Shown one piece after another: positions 1 through 9,283 of a stretch of DNA of 64,000 bases. The first letter of the stretch is position 1, and each line of letters starts with the position of its first letter. Source of the DNA: Bacilli bacterium (lineage in GTDB: Bacteria > Bacillota_I > Bacilli_A > RF39 > UBA660); the NCBI GenBank assembly GCA_017435485.1, contig JAFSEY010000013.1:600-64599 (forward strand), in the 5' to 3' direction. A program made the position numbers and the translations under genes. The notes under the pieces were generated by a model, which was given only the letters and a program-made list of their open reading frames with translations, was not told where the DNA came from and searched no databases.

Positions 1-953
1 GAAGATATATATTTTTGATCTTGGATAACTCTATATTTTTCATACTCACGTTCTGCTTTTTCTAATGCTTGTTTATGTGATATTTTACCTGAATCTTTTA
101 AAACTTGTTTTCGTCTAAATTTTAATAAATCATCTGTTGCATTTATCCAATCTTTCATTGTCATAATATGTCTTTCTTTTGCTTCATCTTCTGCAAAAAC
201 TAAAAACATATTAGTTAAATCATTTAATTTATTAAGTTCTTCTTCATTTAGATAATTTTTAGCAACTCCAACATCATATTTATATATTAACCCATCAGGA
301 GAATTTTTCCAAGATGTAAGTCCCATATTATCTTTAGTACTATTTGCTCTAGTATAAATAAGTTCAGCAGCAGTATGTCCAGAAATTGCATAATGTAATT
401 TGTTTTGAACTATTTTAAAGAACGTATATGCTTCTTCTGATTTAGGATTATAATCAGTTGATGTAGCAATAAATAAATCTGTAATTTTTTGATAAGACAT
501 TCTTTCGCTTACTCTAATTGTTTTTATTCTTTCAAGTAATTCATCAAAATATTTTGCATCGTATTTATTACCTTTAATAAAACGTTCATCATTTAATGCA
601 AAACCTTTAGTTATATAGTCTTTTAATATCTTTGTTGCCCATATTCTAAATTCAGTTGCTTTTTTAGAATTAATACGATATCCAACTGCAATTATTGCAT
701 CCAAACTATAAACTTCAGTATTATAGTTTTTACCATCTTCTGCAGTTATTTCCATTTTGGAAACAACTGAATTTTTATCTAGTTCTTTTTCTTCAAATAT
801 ATTTTTTAAATGTTTAGATATTGCAGGAACTCCTACTTCAAATACTTTAGACATTCCTTTTTGAGATAACCATAGTGTATCATCTTTATATATTGCATCA
901 ACAATTATATTTCCATCTTTATTTTTATATATTATTAAATCATTTTCTTGCAT
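1..953 (-). CDS. RhuM-family protein (virulence/Fic-associated family), partial - C-terminus cut by the window edge
   Basis: The minus-strand ORF starting at ATG 953..951 is absent from the ORF track because it runs off the window. Its translation begins MQENDLIIYKNKDGNIIVDAIYKDDTLWLSQKGMSKVFEVGVPAISKHLKNIFEEKEL, which is the typical RhuM N-terminus. Confidence 0.7.
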   Translation of the reverse strand, partial: MQENDLIIYKNKDGNIIVDAIYKDDTLWLSQKGMSKVFEVGVPAISKHLKNIFEEKELDKNSVVSKMEITAEDGKNYNTEVYSLDAIIAVGYRINSKKATEFRIWATKILKDYITKGFALNDERFIKGNKYDAKYFDELLERIKTIRVSERMSYQKITDLFIATSTDYNPKSEEAYTFFKIVQNKLHYAISGHTAAELIYTRANSTKDNMGLTSWKNSPDGLIYKYDVGVAKNYLNEEELNKLNDLTNMFLVFAEDEAKERHIMTMKDWINATDDLLKFRRKQVLKDSGKISHKQALEKAEREYEKYRVIQDQKYIS

Positions 954-1144
954 AATATTCTCCTTTCTATTTGATATTTTTAAAAGTTAATTAAAGGCGT
1001 TATTACCTCAATATTAATTTGTTTTTCTAAGATTTTTCTAAATATAATGTAAATAGTTTTTATATGTAAATCCTTATAAACAAAGGCTTGGTACGGAAGT
1101 TAACTTAAGTCGGTATACACCAATTAATATTTGTATTACTTTCA

Positions 1145-2014
1145 TTATTCATTATTCACACCTACTTTATCTTCAATTTGTTTTACTTCATCAATGTACT
1201 TATAACTCAAAGCATTTTTATTAGATATTGCTGATTTTTTTGTTTCTATTTCGTACAAATCTCTAGCCCCTTTAGCAACATTTCCACCTCTTTTGGCAAC
1301 ATGCAAATTTTCATTAAGTCCTTGTGGATGTTCTTCTCTAGCAATATCTCTAGCTGCTATCTCTCCTATATTAGTCAAAGCAATTTCAATATCTGTCATA
1401 TTATCTCTTAAAGATTCTTTTCTAAGACCTTTATAAGCTTTATATTCACTTGCTTTCATTCCAGACCACCCTTTATAAATTTCATTTGTGAGTAGTGCAT
1501 ATTCTATCGGTTTAGTTATTCCTCCCTCTTTCCAAACATCTGTAAGTTTAAATCTATCTACTATTCCAGTAAGTCTTCTCTTTATCCATTCATCAGTATA
1601 ACCTTTATTACGATAATAATTAACGGCTCTATTAACTGCTATTTCAGGATCAAAAACTTCATCAATTCGTTCACTACCTAAATTTGCAAGCCAAATTTTA
1701 AAAGGTTCAGCCTTTTGACTAGGTACAGATTCAATAAGTCTAAATATACCTTTTGTATCTAGCATATCAGTATTACGCATTTTACCATCTTTAGCTTTTA
1801 ATTTGAAAGTGTCACAGTTTGTGACGGTTTCGTTTCCCTCTTTAATCATCCTTGATTTTAAAGTTCTCCAATAATGTGAAGGATCATTACTTTCTGTTAA
1901 TACACTAATAACATCAATAACACTAAAATAATAATCTTCTTTTTCTGCATCCCATATACTTCGTATTTCTTTATCTTCAAAAAGATTTGAAATTGCTTCT
2001 AATTTATTATTCAT
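1145..2014 (-). CDS. DinD-like DNA-damage-inducible protein D (Bro-N/KilA-N-type N-terminal domain)
   Basis: The 289-aa product has an N-terminus (NKLEAISNLFEDKEIRSIWDAEKEDYYFSVIDVISVL) resembling DinD/Bro-N family proteins. It pairs with RhuM, as often seen in accessory or prophage regions. Confidence 0.55.
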   Translation of the reverse strand: MNNKLEAISNLFEDKEIRSIWDAEKEDYYFSVIDVISVLTESNDPSHYWRTLKSRMIKEGNETVTNCDTFKLKAKDGKMRNTDMLDTKGIFRLIESVPSQKAEPFKIWLANLGSERIDEVFDPEIAVNRAVNYYRNKGYTDEWIKRRLTGIVDRFKLTDVWKEGGITKPIEYALLTNEIYKGWSGMKASEYKAYKGLRKESLRDNMTDIEIALTNIGEIAARDIAREEHPQGLNENLHVAKRGGNVAKGARDLYEIETKKSAISNKNALSYKYIDEVKQIEDKVGVNNE

Positions 2015-2047
2015 CCTTTCCCTCCATTCTATTTTTACTATAAGTTT

Positions 2048-2764
2048 TCATTTAAAATAATCATTTATTTTATTTAATAAATTTTCTTTATTTTCCTCAA
2101 ATTGCTTTTTTCTATGCCCATTCGCACCTGATGGGTGCGGAAAACCTAATAAGCACTGTTCTTCTTTAATTAATTTTTCAATTATCATAAATTCTAAAAC
2201 TTCTTCTACAGCTTTTCCTAATGGAATAATCAAAGTGTTTTTCATATTTTCAACTTCTTTATAAAAATACTCTTTCATATAAAATAGTAATGTTTCATCA
2301 TCCAATATTTTTGGATTTGAACCTGTATAGTTTTTATTATTAATAAATACTGGATATGGAATTATAGAAGTTGTGTGCAACAATTCATCTTTATCTTCAA
2401 ATAATTCTAAACAAGAATTAATGTTTAATTTTTCATTTAATTTTAATTCATCTAACATTTCTATTAAATTTTTTCTCATACTTCCAGCAAATCTGGAATT
2501 TCTTTTACATTCCTTCTTTGTTGTATCATAATCCATGTTGTGCATTAATCCATCATATGCAGTTTTATAGGCAATACTGGTTTGTGTCCACCCTGGAGTT
2601 ATACCAACTATAAATACTCTGGCATTATTATTAATAATTTCATTGTGAGGAGCATAATATATTTCCATATTATTTTTATTAAGTAATAAAAATTTTTCAT
2701 TTAAAATACTTTTTTTGTCAAAACTATCTAAATTTTTTATTTCTATAGAATATTTATCAAACAC
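2048..2764 (-). CDS. uracil-DNA-glycosylase-superfamily-like protein (tentative)
   Basis: The 238-aa product has an N-proximal GITPGW motif and a C-proximal GFPHPSGANGHR motif, reminiscent of UDG-superfamily motifs A and B (GxxPG ... HPS). There is no global match, so this is only a fold-family guess. Confidence 0.3.
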   Translation of the reverse strand: MFDKYSIEIKNLDSFDKKSILNEKFLLLNKNNMEIYYAPHNEIINNNARVFIVGITPGWTQTSIAYKTAYDGLMHNMDYDTTKKECKRNSRFAGSMRKNLIEMLDELKLNEKLNINSCLELFEDKDELLHTTSIIPYPVFINNKNYTGSNPKILDDETLLFYMKEYFYKEVENMKNTLIIPLGKAVEEVLEFMIIEKLIKEEQCLLGFPHPSGANGHRKKQFEENKENLLNKINDYFK

Positions 2765-3032
2765 ATTATCACCTCATTTTATATTTAAGGGGGGTGCACG
2801 TCGTTATCAAGCCAATAATTCCTACCCCAAAACATAATATTTTTTATAAAAAATGACTGTTTTTAGGCAGTTTTAGCTAATTTTTATATAAAACATGCAA
2901 AATCTAAATCTTCGTAAATCCTTTATTTACAATGGTTTTCCTAAAGGGGCAGAAATCGTTATCAGGCAGTTATTGTTTGGTAATTTGCTCCTTTTTTCAT
3001 TATTATCGCTTCCTTTATTTAGGATAAACTAA

Positions 3033-3533
3033 TTATTTAATATTTTCAAATAGCCAGAAACCTGCCATATTCTCTTTCCCATGACATTTTATTGCTTCTA
3101 GCATTTTTTCTAGAGTTACTACTCTATAACCTTGGTCATCTTCTGGATATATCAGTGTAATAGAATCATCTTTAATTTTTTCTATTAATGTTGCATGACC
3201 GCCTTCCATTTGTTTATTAAACATTACACCTCGTTTATAGCATACTATTATATCATCTTCTATATATTTACTTAAAAACATTTTAGCTTCATTATAATCT
3301 GTAATAAAAAAATATTTAAAGCTAAGAGGTATTTTATGTTTTTTTAGGTAATTTGTTATAGAATACTCTTCTTTGTTTACTTGCGTTCCTTTATACTCTT
3401 GGTCATTTATAAGCCCTAATTCCTGCGCCATTTCAATTTGTGAATCATATGGAATATTATTTTTATCAAATATCATTTGCAAACATCTAGGGACACAGCA
3501 ATATGGTTCCTGTTTTATTAATTTATATCTCAT
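3033..3533 (-). CDS. stand-alone papain-like C39-type cysteine peptidase domain protein
   Basis: The 166-aa product carries QEPYCCVPRCLQMIF (C39-like catalytic Cys context) and a downstream GGHATLIEKI (His). It has no transporter domain. Confidence 0.4.
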   Translation of the reverse strand: MRYKLIKQEPYCCVPRCLQMIFDKNNIPYDSQIEMAQELGLINDQEYKGTQVNKEEYSITNYLKKHKIPLSFKYFFITDYNEAKMFLSKYIEDDIIVCYKRGVMFNKQMEGGHATLIEKIKDDSITLIYPEDDQGYRVVTLEKMLEAIKCHGKENMAGFWLFENIK

Positions 3534-3557
3534 AGTTTCGCTTCCTTTTTTTATTAA

Positions 3558-4331
3558 TTATTTCTTGGCTAAAAAAGCCATGAATTGTGGTATTTCACTA
3601 TTCTTTATGTAATAATTCATATCAACTGTTTTAGCTTCTTCGATACATCTAGATTCTGTAAAATCTAAAACTTGAAAATTAGCTTCTCTTAATAATTTAA
3701 AATGCATCGATGGAGAACCAACATAAAACGCTAATACTTCCTTATCATTTTGCCATGCAAATGACGTAAAAACATGTTTTTCAAATGTGTGATATTTACC
3801 ATATACTTTGTTTCCATCATCATTTTTTGAACATCCTATAATTCTCAATGTTTCATCATCTATATTCTTTTCTTCTGAAGCCCATCTTAAAGGATGCCCG
3901 ACAGAAAACAAAAACAAACCGTTTGGCTTTAAAACCCTATACACTTCTTTATATATTTTTTCTGGGGTAGCACTATAATGAATCGCTAAACTACTATATA
4001 CGAAATCAAAACTATTACTTTCAAACGGAAGTTCATTCATATCTCCTACTATAAATTCTTTATCGGGATATGCTTTTTTCGCTAATTCTATTGATTTATT
4101 AGATATATCAATTCCAGTTAATTGTTCGGAAGTCGCACCAAAAGTTTCAAGCAAATCTGATTCTTCTCCTGTACCACAGCCCAACATTAATACTTTTTTG
4201 TTTTTTAAATTCGGTAGCATCGATTTCATCATAGGCTTTTCAACAAAACGATGAGAAGGCTTCATGCCATTAATTAAATCTTGTTGTCTTTTTTCAGCAA
4301 ATTTATCATAATCATTTATAATATTTTCCAT
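3558..4331 (-). CDS. class I SAM-dependent methyltransferase
   Basis: Motif I VLMLGCGTGEESD, followed by an acidic loop and motif II (FDFVYSS), in a 257-aa product. Confidence 0.75.
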   Translation of the reverse strand: MENIINDYDKFAEKRQQDLINGMKPSHRFVEKPMMKSMLPNLKNKKVLMLGCGTGEESDLLETFGATSEQLTGIDISNKSIELAKKAYPDKEFIVGDMNELPFESNSFDFVYSSLAIHYSATPEKIYKEVYRVLKPNGLFLFSVGHPLRWASEEKNIDDETLRIIGCSKNDDGNKVYGKYHTFEKHVFTSFAWQNDKEVLAFYVGSPSMHFKLLREANFQVLDFTESRCIEEAKTVDMNYYIKNSEIPQFMAFLAKK

Positions 4332-4407
4332 GTATCTTTTCTCCTTTAAAACATTTTTTATAAATTATTTTTAATTCTTAACAAAACTTATTTAATATCT
4401 AATCAAA

Positions 4408-5007
4408 TTATTTTTTGCTACCACTTATTACTAAAAATTTGCCTTCTATGGATTCATATCCAGCTTCTTCATCTAAATTTTCTTCAGAAAAATTGAAAAT
4501 CTCGATTTCAATAGAAAAATCGCCTAGTTCTTGTTGAAATAACAAAATTGCTTCTTGGGCAGTATAACTTCCTTCATTTTCAAAAACGACAAATTTTCCA
4601 GCACTATCAAGGCGTTTAATATCCGTTGCAAAATCTAAAATTATTTTTCCTTTTGGCTTTAATACTCGTTTTATTTCTTTAAGTATCTTTATAATTGTTT
4701 CTTTTTTAAATAAATGTAATGTGCCAGTGCAAAATATTCCGTCAAACTTATCATCGCCAAATGGAAAAACTTCCGTTATATCGACTTTTTTTGTCTGTAA
4801 TTTACTTTTAAATTTATTAGGACAATTATCTTCTAAAATTTTTAATTCTTTATCTTCAATATCAATTGCTAATACCTTATTAGCCATTTCTAATAATTTA
4901 TTATTAAATCTACCATCCCCTGCTGCAATATTGAGTACATTTCCATAAAAACCAACTCTTTGAATTACAGATAAAGTTTCTGGTTCTTCTATTCCCCATT
5001 TAGACAT
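4408..5007 (-). CDS. class I SAM-dependent methyltransferase (short)
   Basis: VLNIAAGDGRF Gly-rich motif I, ..LAIDIEDKE motif, FDGIFCTG, in a 199-aa product. Confidence 0.6.
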   Translation of the reverse strand: MSKWGIEEPETLSVIQRVGFYGNVLNIAAGDGRFNNKLLEMANKVLAIDIEDKELKILEDNCPNKFKSKLQTKKVDITEVFPFGDDKFDGIFCTGTLHLFKKETIIKILKEIKRVLKPKGKIILDFATDIKRLDSAGKFVVFENEGSYTAQEAILLFQQELGDFSIEIEIFNFSEENLDEEAGYESIEGKFLVISGSKK

Positions 5008-5084
5008 ATTAATTCATCTCTTTTCAATTAAATATATTACTTGCGATATTTTTCCTTTTCTTACCATCTACGTTTTGATTGCTT

Positions 5085-5993
5085 TTAAAACGGCAAAAGT
5101 GATTCATCATCTTCTTCTGGATTACTTTTCAGATTACGATTTAATTCCTTTCGAAATTCTTCAGGATCCATCGCTAATATCCTTTTACGTCTTAATTCTT
5201 TTATTTCTGTGGAATCTGTTGCAGCCCAAACTTCTTTTGATGTAAATTTGATATTTACAGCAGGATCTCTTTCGATATAATCGGGATCGGCCAAACCTTT
5301 TTTCATTCTTTCAATCATTAAAAATCTATCGTTAAAAAAGTCTTTCGTAAGTGTGGAACTATGTGGCATAAAGTCTAAATCTTTTCTTTGCATTCTTTCT
5401 TGACAACGTTTTAATAATTCTGAAAATTCTGGAGAAATTATAGCTTTTTGGTATTTGATTATTAAATCATGGTTTTTCTCATCTGCATCTTCTTTTTTCC
5501 ACATATAAACTTTCATAAGAAAATCAATGGCTTCTAAAAATTCCATATTATGGGTAAGCTTTAAATAATCATAAACATTTCCACTAGAGCCACACCCAAA
5601 ACAATTAAATATATTTTCATAATCTTTTACTCTAAAAGATGGGGTTTTTTCAGAGTGATATGGACAAAGAATCATGTATCCATTTGGACCTGTGAATCTG
5701 CCAAAATTAAAATCAGCATCTGCTAAAACTATCGGAAGAATCAAAGCACGTTTCTTAACGTAATTTACGGTTTTATTATTATAATTTAAAACTCCATCTT
5801 TATGGAAATAGATAAGTTTTAGTAAATTAATTAATTGTAATCTAATTATTTGATAATTAATATCATTTAACATTTTATCATTAATTGAGGATAATAAATT
5901 TTTAAGTTCATAATAATCTTCTTTAGTTAACCCTTCTGTTAAAGCTTTATGTCTAAATTCACTAATTTTTTTATTCATTTCTTCTACTGGCAT
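5085..5993 (-). CDS. CHC2 (primase-type) zinc-finger domain protein lacking a TOPRIM domain
   Basis: A central CPYHSEKTPSFRV...NCFGCGSSGNVYDYL stretch matches the DnaG/primase zf-CHC2 signature. The flanking regions are alpha-helical with no recognisable catalytic domain. Confidence 0.6.
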   Translation of the reverse strand: MPVEEMNKKISEFRHKALTEGLTKEDYYELKNLLSSINDKMLNDINYQIIRLQLINLLKLIYFHKDGVLNYNNKTVNYVKKRALILPIVLADADFNFGRFTGPNGYMILCPYHSEKTPSFRVKDYENIFNCFGCGSSGNVYDYLKLTHNMEFLEAIDFLMKVYMWKKEDADEKNHDLIIKYQKAIISPEFSELLKRCQERMQRKDLDFMPHSSTLTKDFFNDRFLMIERMKKGLADPDYIERDPAVNIKFTSKEVWAATDSTEIKELRRKRILAMDPEEFRKELNRNLKSNPEEDDESLLPF

Positions 5994-6027
5994 AATAAAC
6001 CTCCCTGTTAATCTAGTACTTTAGTCT

Positions 6028-6564
6028 CTATTTAATGTTTTTTATTGCAGCTGATATATCATTGCTTGTATCAATAAATGTAATACCATATCTTTTACAT
6101 TCTTCTTCAATTTTCTTACTTAAGTGAATTAATTGTTCCAATATATCTAATAATTCTTCGTCACTTTTTTTAAATGTCCAGTCAAACTCGCTATCATATT
6201 TTCTTATTATTGCTAGTTTTTCCTCAGCAGGAATATTAGGATATCCTACAAAATAAATATCCCATTTATCTTTATCTAAATATTTAATAATATCTTGAGG
6301 TAATATGTGAGCGGAATCGATAATAAATTTTTCTTCTTGGTTATTCATTATTTCAATTACTCGAGATAATAATAAACTTAAATTTTTACTGCTTTCTTCA
6401 TTTATAACGACATTACTAACTATATTTGTTTGGGGAAAATTATGTTTTAATGATGAAGTAAAATAATCTAAGGGAATATGATTGTATTCTTTGTCTTCTT
6501 TTAGTTTTTTTGCTAATGTTGATTTACCGGAACGAGCTACTCCAGCAATAAAAATGTTTTTCAT
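6028..6564 (-). CDS. P-loop NTPase / small-molecule kinase-like protein
   Basis: N-terminal Walker A IFIAGVARSGKSTLAKKL in a 178-aa product, i.e. adenylate/shikimate-kinase-like size. Confidence 0.55.
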   Translation of the reverse strand: MKNIFIAGVARSGKSTLAKKLKEDKEYNHIPLDYFTSSLKHNFPQTNIVSNVVINEESSKNLSLLLSRVIEIMNNQEEKFIIDSAHILPQDIIKYLDKDKWDIYFVGYPNIPAEEKLAIIRKYDSEFDWTFKKSDEELLDILEQLIHLSKKIEEECKRYGITFIDTSNDISAAIKNIK

Positions 6565-6597
6565 TAGGCACCTCTTTTCTTGTAAATTATAACATAA

Positions 6598-6622
6598 AAG
6601 AGTAGCATTTGTATCTACTCTT
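6598..6622 (-). terminator. hairpin (aagagtag-N9-ctactctt) followed on the minus strand by TTTTATGTT, lying between lepB and the leftward island
   Basis: 8-bp perfect inverted repeat followed by a U-rich tail, as read from the sequence. Confidence 0.4.
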
Positions 6623-6789
6623 AATTACTTTTATTAAATCCAATATCCAAAGATATATCTTCTAATCTTTTTTTTACATCATCAATAAATAATTTATCTT
6701 CAGTTTTTTTAATTTTGGAAATTAACTTTTTAAAATCTAAATCTTCTCTAACAGTACTTATTAATTCCGTTAAATAATAAGCATCTTTT

Positions 6790-7275
6790 TTATTTTACAA
6801 AACCAATTTTATTAAATGGATAAATAACTAAACTAGTTGTTCCTTGGATATTTTCTTTTTTTACTGGTCCAATCATCCTACTATCTTTCGAAATGGTTCG
6901 ATTATCTCCTAAAACAAAATATTCGTCTTTATCTAATTTAATTAATTCAAAGTCTTCGGTAATTCCATAGCCATATTTATCTTCAATTTTTTTATTATTT
7001 ATATAAATTGTATTATCTTTACAAAGGATTCTATCTCCAGGGAGTCCATAAACTCTTTTAATGATATGATCTTCTTCTTGGGAAGAAACTACTACGATAT
7101 CATATCTTTCTATCTTCTTAGAAAATTTATTTAAAATCATTAATTCTCCCCCGGAAAGGTTCGGAAACATACTTTTTCCACTAACTAATATAGGAGTTAC
7201 AATAAATGTTCTGATTAGAACAACCACTATTACAATAATTATATAAGGATAGATTTCTTTTAATATTTTTTTCAT
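6790..7275 (-). CDS. lepB: signal peptidase I
   Basis: N-terminal TM segment, SGKSMFPNL (catalytic Ser box), GDNRTISKDSR box E. Confidence 0.85.
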   Translation of the reverse strand: MKKILKEIYPYIIIVIVVVLIRTFIVTPILVSGKSMFPNLSGGELMILNKFSKKIERYDIVVVSSQEEDHIIKRVYGLPGDRILCKDNTIYINNKKIEDKYGYGITEDFELIKLDKDEYFVLGDNRTISKDSRMIGPVKKENIQGTTSLVIYPFNKIGFVK

Positions 7276-7314
7276 AAGATTCCTTTCAATTTAAAAAAAT
7301 TAAGGTTGATTACC

Positions 7315-7656
7315 TTAATTTCTTTCTTTAACTTTATATTCTTTACGCATTTTCTTAATAAAGTTAAGTTTAGCTCTTCTAACCATACCTTTTTTAACTA
7401 CAGTAATTTTGTCGATTGTAGGAGCATTAACTGGGAATACTCTAATTACACCAACAGTACCGCTTTTCTTACGTACAGTAAAAGTTTCAGATACTCCGCC
7501 GCCTTTTTTAGCGATTACTAATCCTTCAAAAGCTTGGATTCTTTCTTTCTTTCCTTCTTTTACCCAAACATCAACACGTACAGTATCACCTACACGAAAT
7601 TCAGGTATATCTTTTCTCATGTGCTTCTTAGCTATTTTGTCAACTAAATTTGTCAT
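7315..7656 (-). CDS. rplS: 50S ribosomal protein L19
   Basis: The 113-aa product (FRVGDTVRVDVWVKEGKKERIQAFEGLVIAKKGGG) is canonical L19 and sits downstream of trmD. Confidence 0.95.
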   Translation of the reverse strand: MTNLVDKIAKKHMRKDIPEFRVGDTVRVDVWVKEGKKERIQAFEGLVIAKKGGGVSETFTVRKKSGTVGVIRVFPVNAPTIDKITVVKKGMVRRAKLNFIKKMRKEYKVKERN

Positions 7657-7774
7657 ACGATTCTTCCTTTCTAAAAAATAAATTAAATGTAATCATAATA
7701 ATAAATTAAAAGCGGATTACAAATTTGAAGCAAAGTAATTATAACACAATACATTATAATAAATCAAGTTTTAT

Positions 7775-8410
7775 TTAGAACCTCATTGATTCGCCTTTTT
7801 TTCTAGCTATTACTAAAGCAGCCGAAGTCTCTCCAGGTATAGAATGATATAAATCATCGTTTACAAATTCTTCTGTCATTTGGGATATTAAAGTTGGATC
7901 ATATAGTTCATTAAAAGAATTTTCGTCAAAAACTAAGTTGTTTGATCCATCAATAATAAAACCTTCTATATCTTTATTGTAACTATGAATGTAACGATTG
8001 TTAAATAAACCGCGGCAAAAAGAAGTACAAAGATCAAACCATAAAGTTTCAGTTAATTCTTGCGATATTGAATGGCACTCATTTTTCAACATATTATTTG
8101 CTAACCTATCGTTTAATATTTTACAGTCTATTGTTTCGGTTGCTTCCATAGCTTTAAATATTCCATCTTTGGTATCTAAAATCATAGTAGCACCTTCTCT
8201 TCTAGCTTCTTTAATAAACAAACCGCTACTATATAAATAAAGAGGAAATTGTTTATATATTGCTAGACGATTAAATAGAGTTGCATAAAAACTTTTAAAA
8301 TTAAAATCATATTTTTTTAATATTTCTTCTACTTCTGATTCATATTTTTTTATATTTGGATTAGTTAATGCAGCTACAATGTTACTACCAACACTATTGT
8401 TTGTTAGCAA
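7775..8410 (-). CDS. hypothetical protein, paralog of the adjacent 8483..9214 gene
   Basis: Shared blocks with its neighbour (YDFNFKSFYATLF / YNFNIYDFYNETLI; SGLFIKEARREGAT / KGLFIKNIKKDGLF). No recognisable domain. Confidence 0.5.
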   Translation of the reverse strand: MLTNNSVGSNIVAALTNPNIKKYESEVEEILKKYDFNFKSFYATLFNRLAIYKQFPLYLYSSGLFIKEARREGATMILDTKDGIFKAMEATETIDCKILNDRLANNMLKNECHSISQELTETLWFDLCTSFCRGLFNNRYIHSYNKDIEGFIIDGSNNLVFDENSFNELYDPTLISQMTEEFVNDDLYHSIPGETSAALVIARKKGESMRF

Positions 8411-8482
8411 ACTAATTTCTCTAAATGCATTATCAATTTTATTCTTTCTTTAATTGAGGATTTTAATTCTATTCTTTCTATT

Positions 8483-9214
8483 TTATACACTTATATCACC
8501 TATTTTCTTTGCTTTTTTTAAAGCGAGAGTAAATATTGGAAAATCTTTATTTTCATCATAATCTTTATATTCTTTTGTAGCAAAATATTCTTCTTTGGTA
8601 ACTTTGCTAATAATAATTGGGTTAAATAGCTTGTTGTATTGATCTTGATTCATAATCATATTGTGACTTGCATCCCAAACCTGATTAGTTCTTTCGCAAA
8701 TATTGTATGAATGTAAGTAATAACCCCCAAAATCCATTTTACATAGTGCTGTTACAGCAGTAAGACCTTTTGTTTCTAATAAATAAGTGGTATGTTTATG
8801 ACAATCACAGACTAATTCATAGTTTTTTTTAGCCTGTAATAACATTTTATCTTTTATATATTCTGCTAATAAAGCAAATCTAAATGTTTCATTAATTGTA
8901 CTCATCGAAACAAACAATCCATCTTTCTTGATATTTTTTATAAATAATCCTTTAATTAAATGATTTATATCTAAATTATTTTCTGTAGCTATATCGATTA
9001 GCGTTTCATTATAAAAATCATAAATATTGAAATTATAGTCAGCTAAAATATTTATAATCTCATCCTCATAAGCATGACTATTTGAATGTAATAATATTTC
9101 TCTTAAAGAAATCCCTAAAGAGTTATTAGTTTGTTTTGCTAGTGTTGTTATAACTTGATCTTTAATATCATTATTTTGGTCTATCGAATTATTTTCATAT
9201 TTAATTAAATCCAT
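8483..9214 (-). CDS. hypothetical protein, paralog of 7775..8410
   Basis: See the paralog entry; 243 aa, contains a CDCHKH motif. Confidence 0.5.
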   Translation of the reverse strand: MDLIKYENNSIDQNNDIKDQVITTLAKQTNNSLGISLREILLHSNSHAYEDEIINILADYNFNIYDFYNETLIDIATENNLDINHLIKGLFIKNIKKDGLFVSMSTINETFRFALLAEYIKDKMLLQAKKNYELVCDCHKHTTYLLETKGLTAVTALCKMDFGGYYLHSYNICERTNQVWDASHNMIMNQDQYNKLFNPIIISKVTKEEYFATKEYKDYDENKDFPIFTLALKKAKKIGDISV

Positions 9215-9243
9215 ATTAACCCCTCAATTTAGTTACCTATTTT

Positions 9244-9283
9244 ATCACAAAATAAAAAAATGTCTATATTTTTTAGACATTTT
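9244..9283 (-). terminator. intrinsic terminator (aatgtcta-N7-tagacatt plus U-run) overlapping the stop codon of the 9282..9734 gene
   Basis: 8-bp perfect stem followed by TTTTTTATTTTGTG on the minus strand. Confidence 0.6.

Noticed and set aside
3373-3612. 79-aa plus-strand ORF antisense to the C39-like peptidase gene.
   Set aside because: It lies entirely within the opposite-strand gene, its composition is low-complexity hydrophobic typical of AT-rich antisense frames, and it has no RBS.
4721-4948. 75-aa plus-strand ORF inside the methyltransferase gene.
   Set aside because: Antisense overlap; Ser/Leu/Asn-rich with no start context.
6623-6789. Possible 50-codon minus-strand ORF (LTELISTVREDLDFKKLISKIKK...) between lepB and the island.
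   Set aside because: It has no ATG/GTG/TTG in frame after the upstream stop and no RBS.
7306-7681. Two plus-strand ORFs (71 and 90 aa) antisense to rplS.
   Set aside because: They overlap a highly conserved ribosomal protein gene on the other strand, so they are spurious.
7998-8240. 80-aa antisense ORF inside the 7775..8410 gene.
   Set aside because: Antisense artefact.
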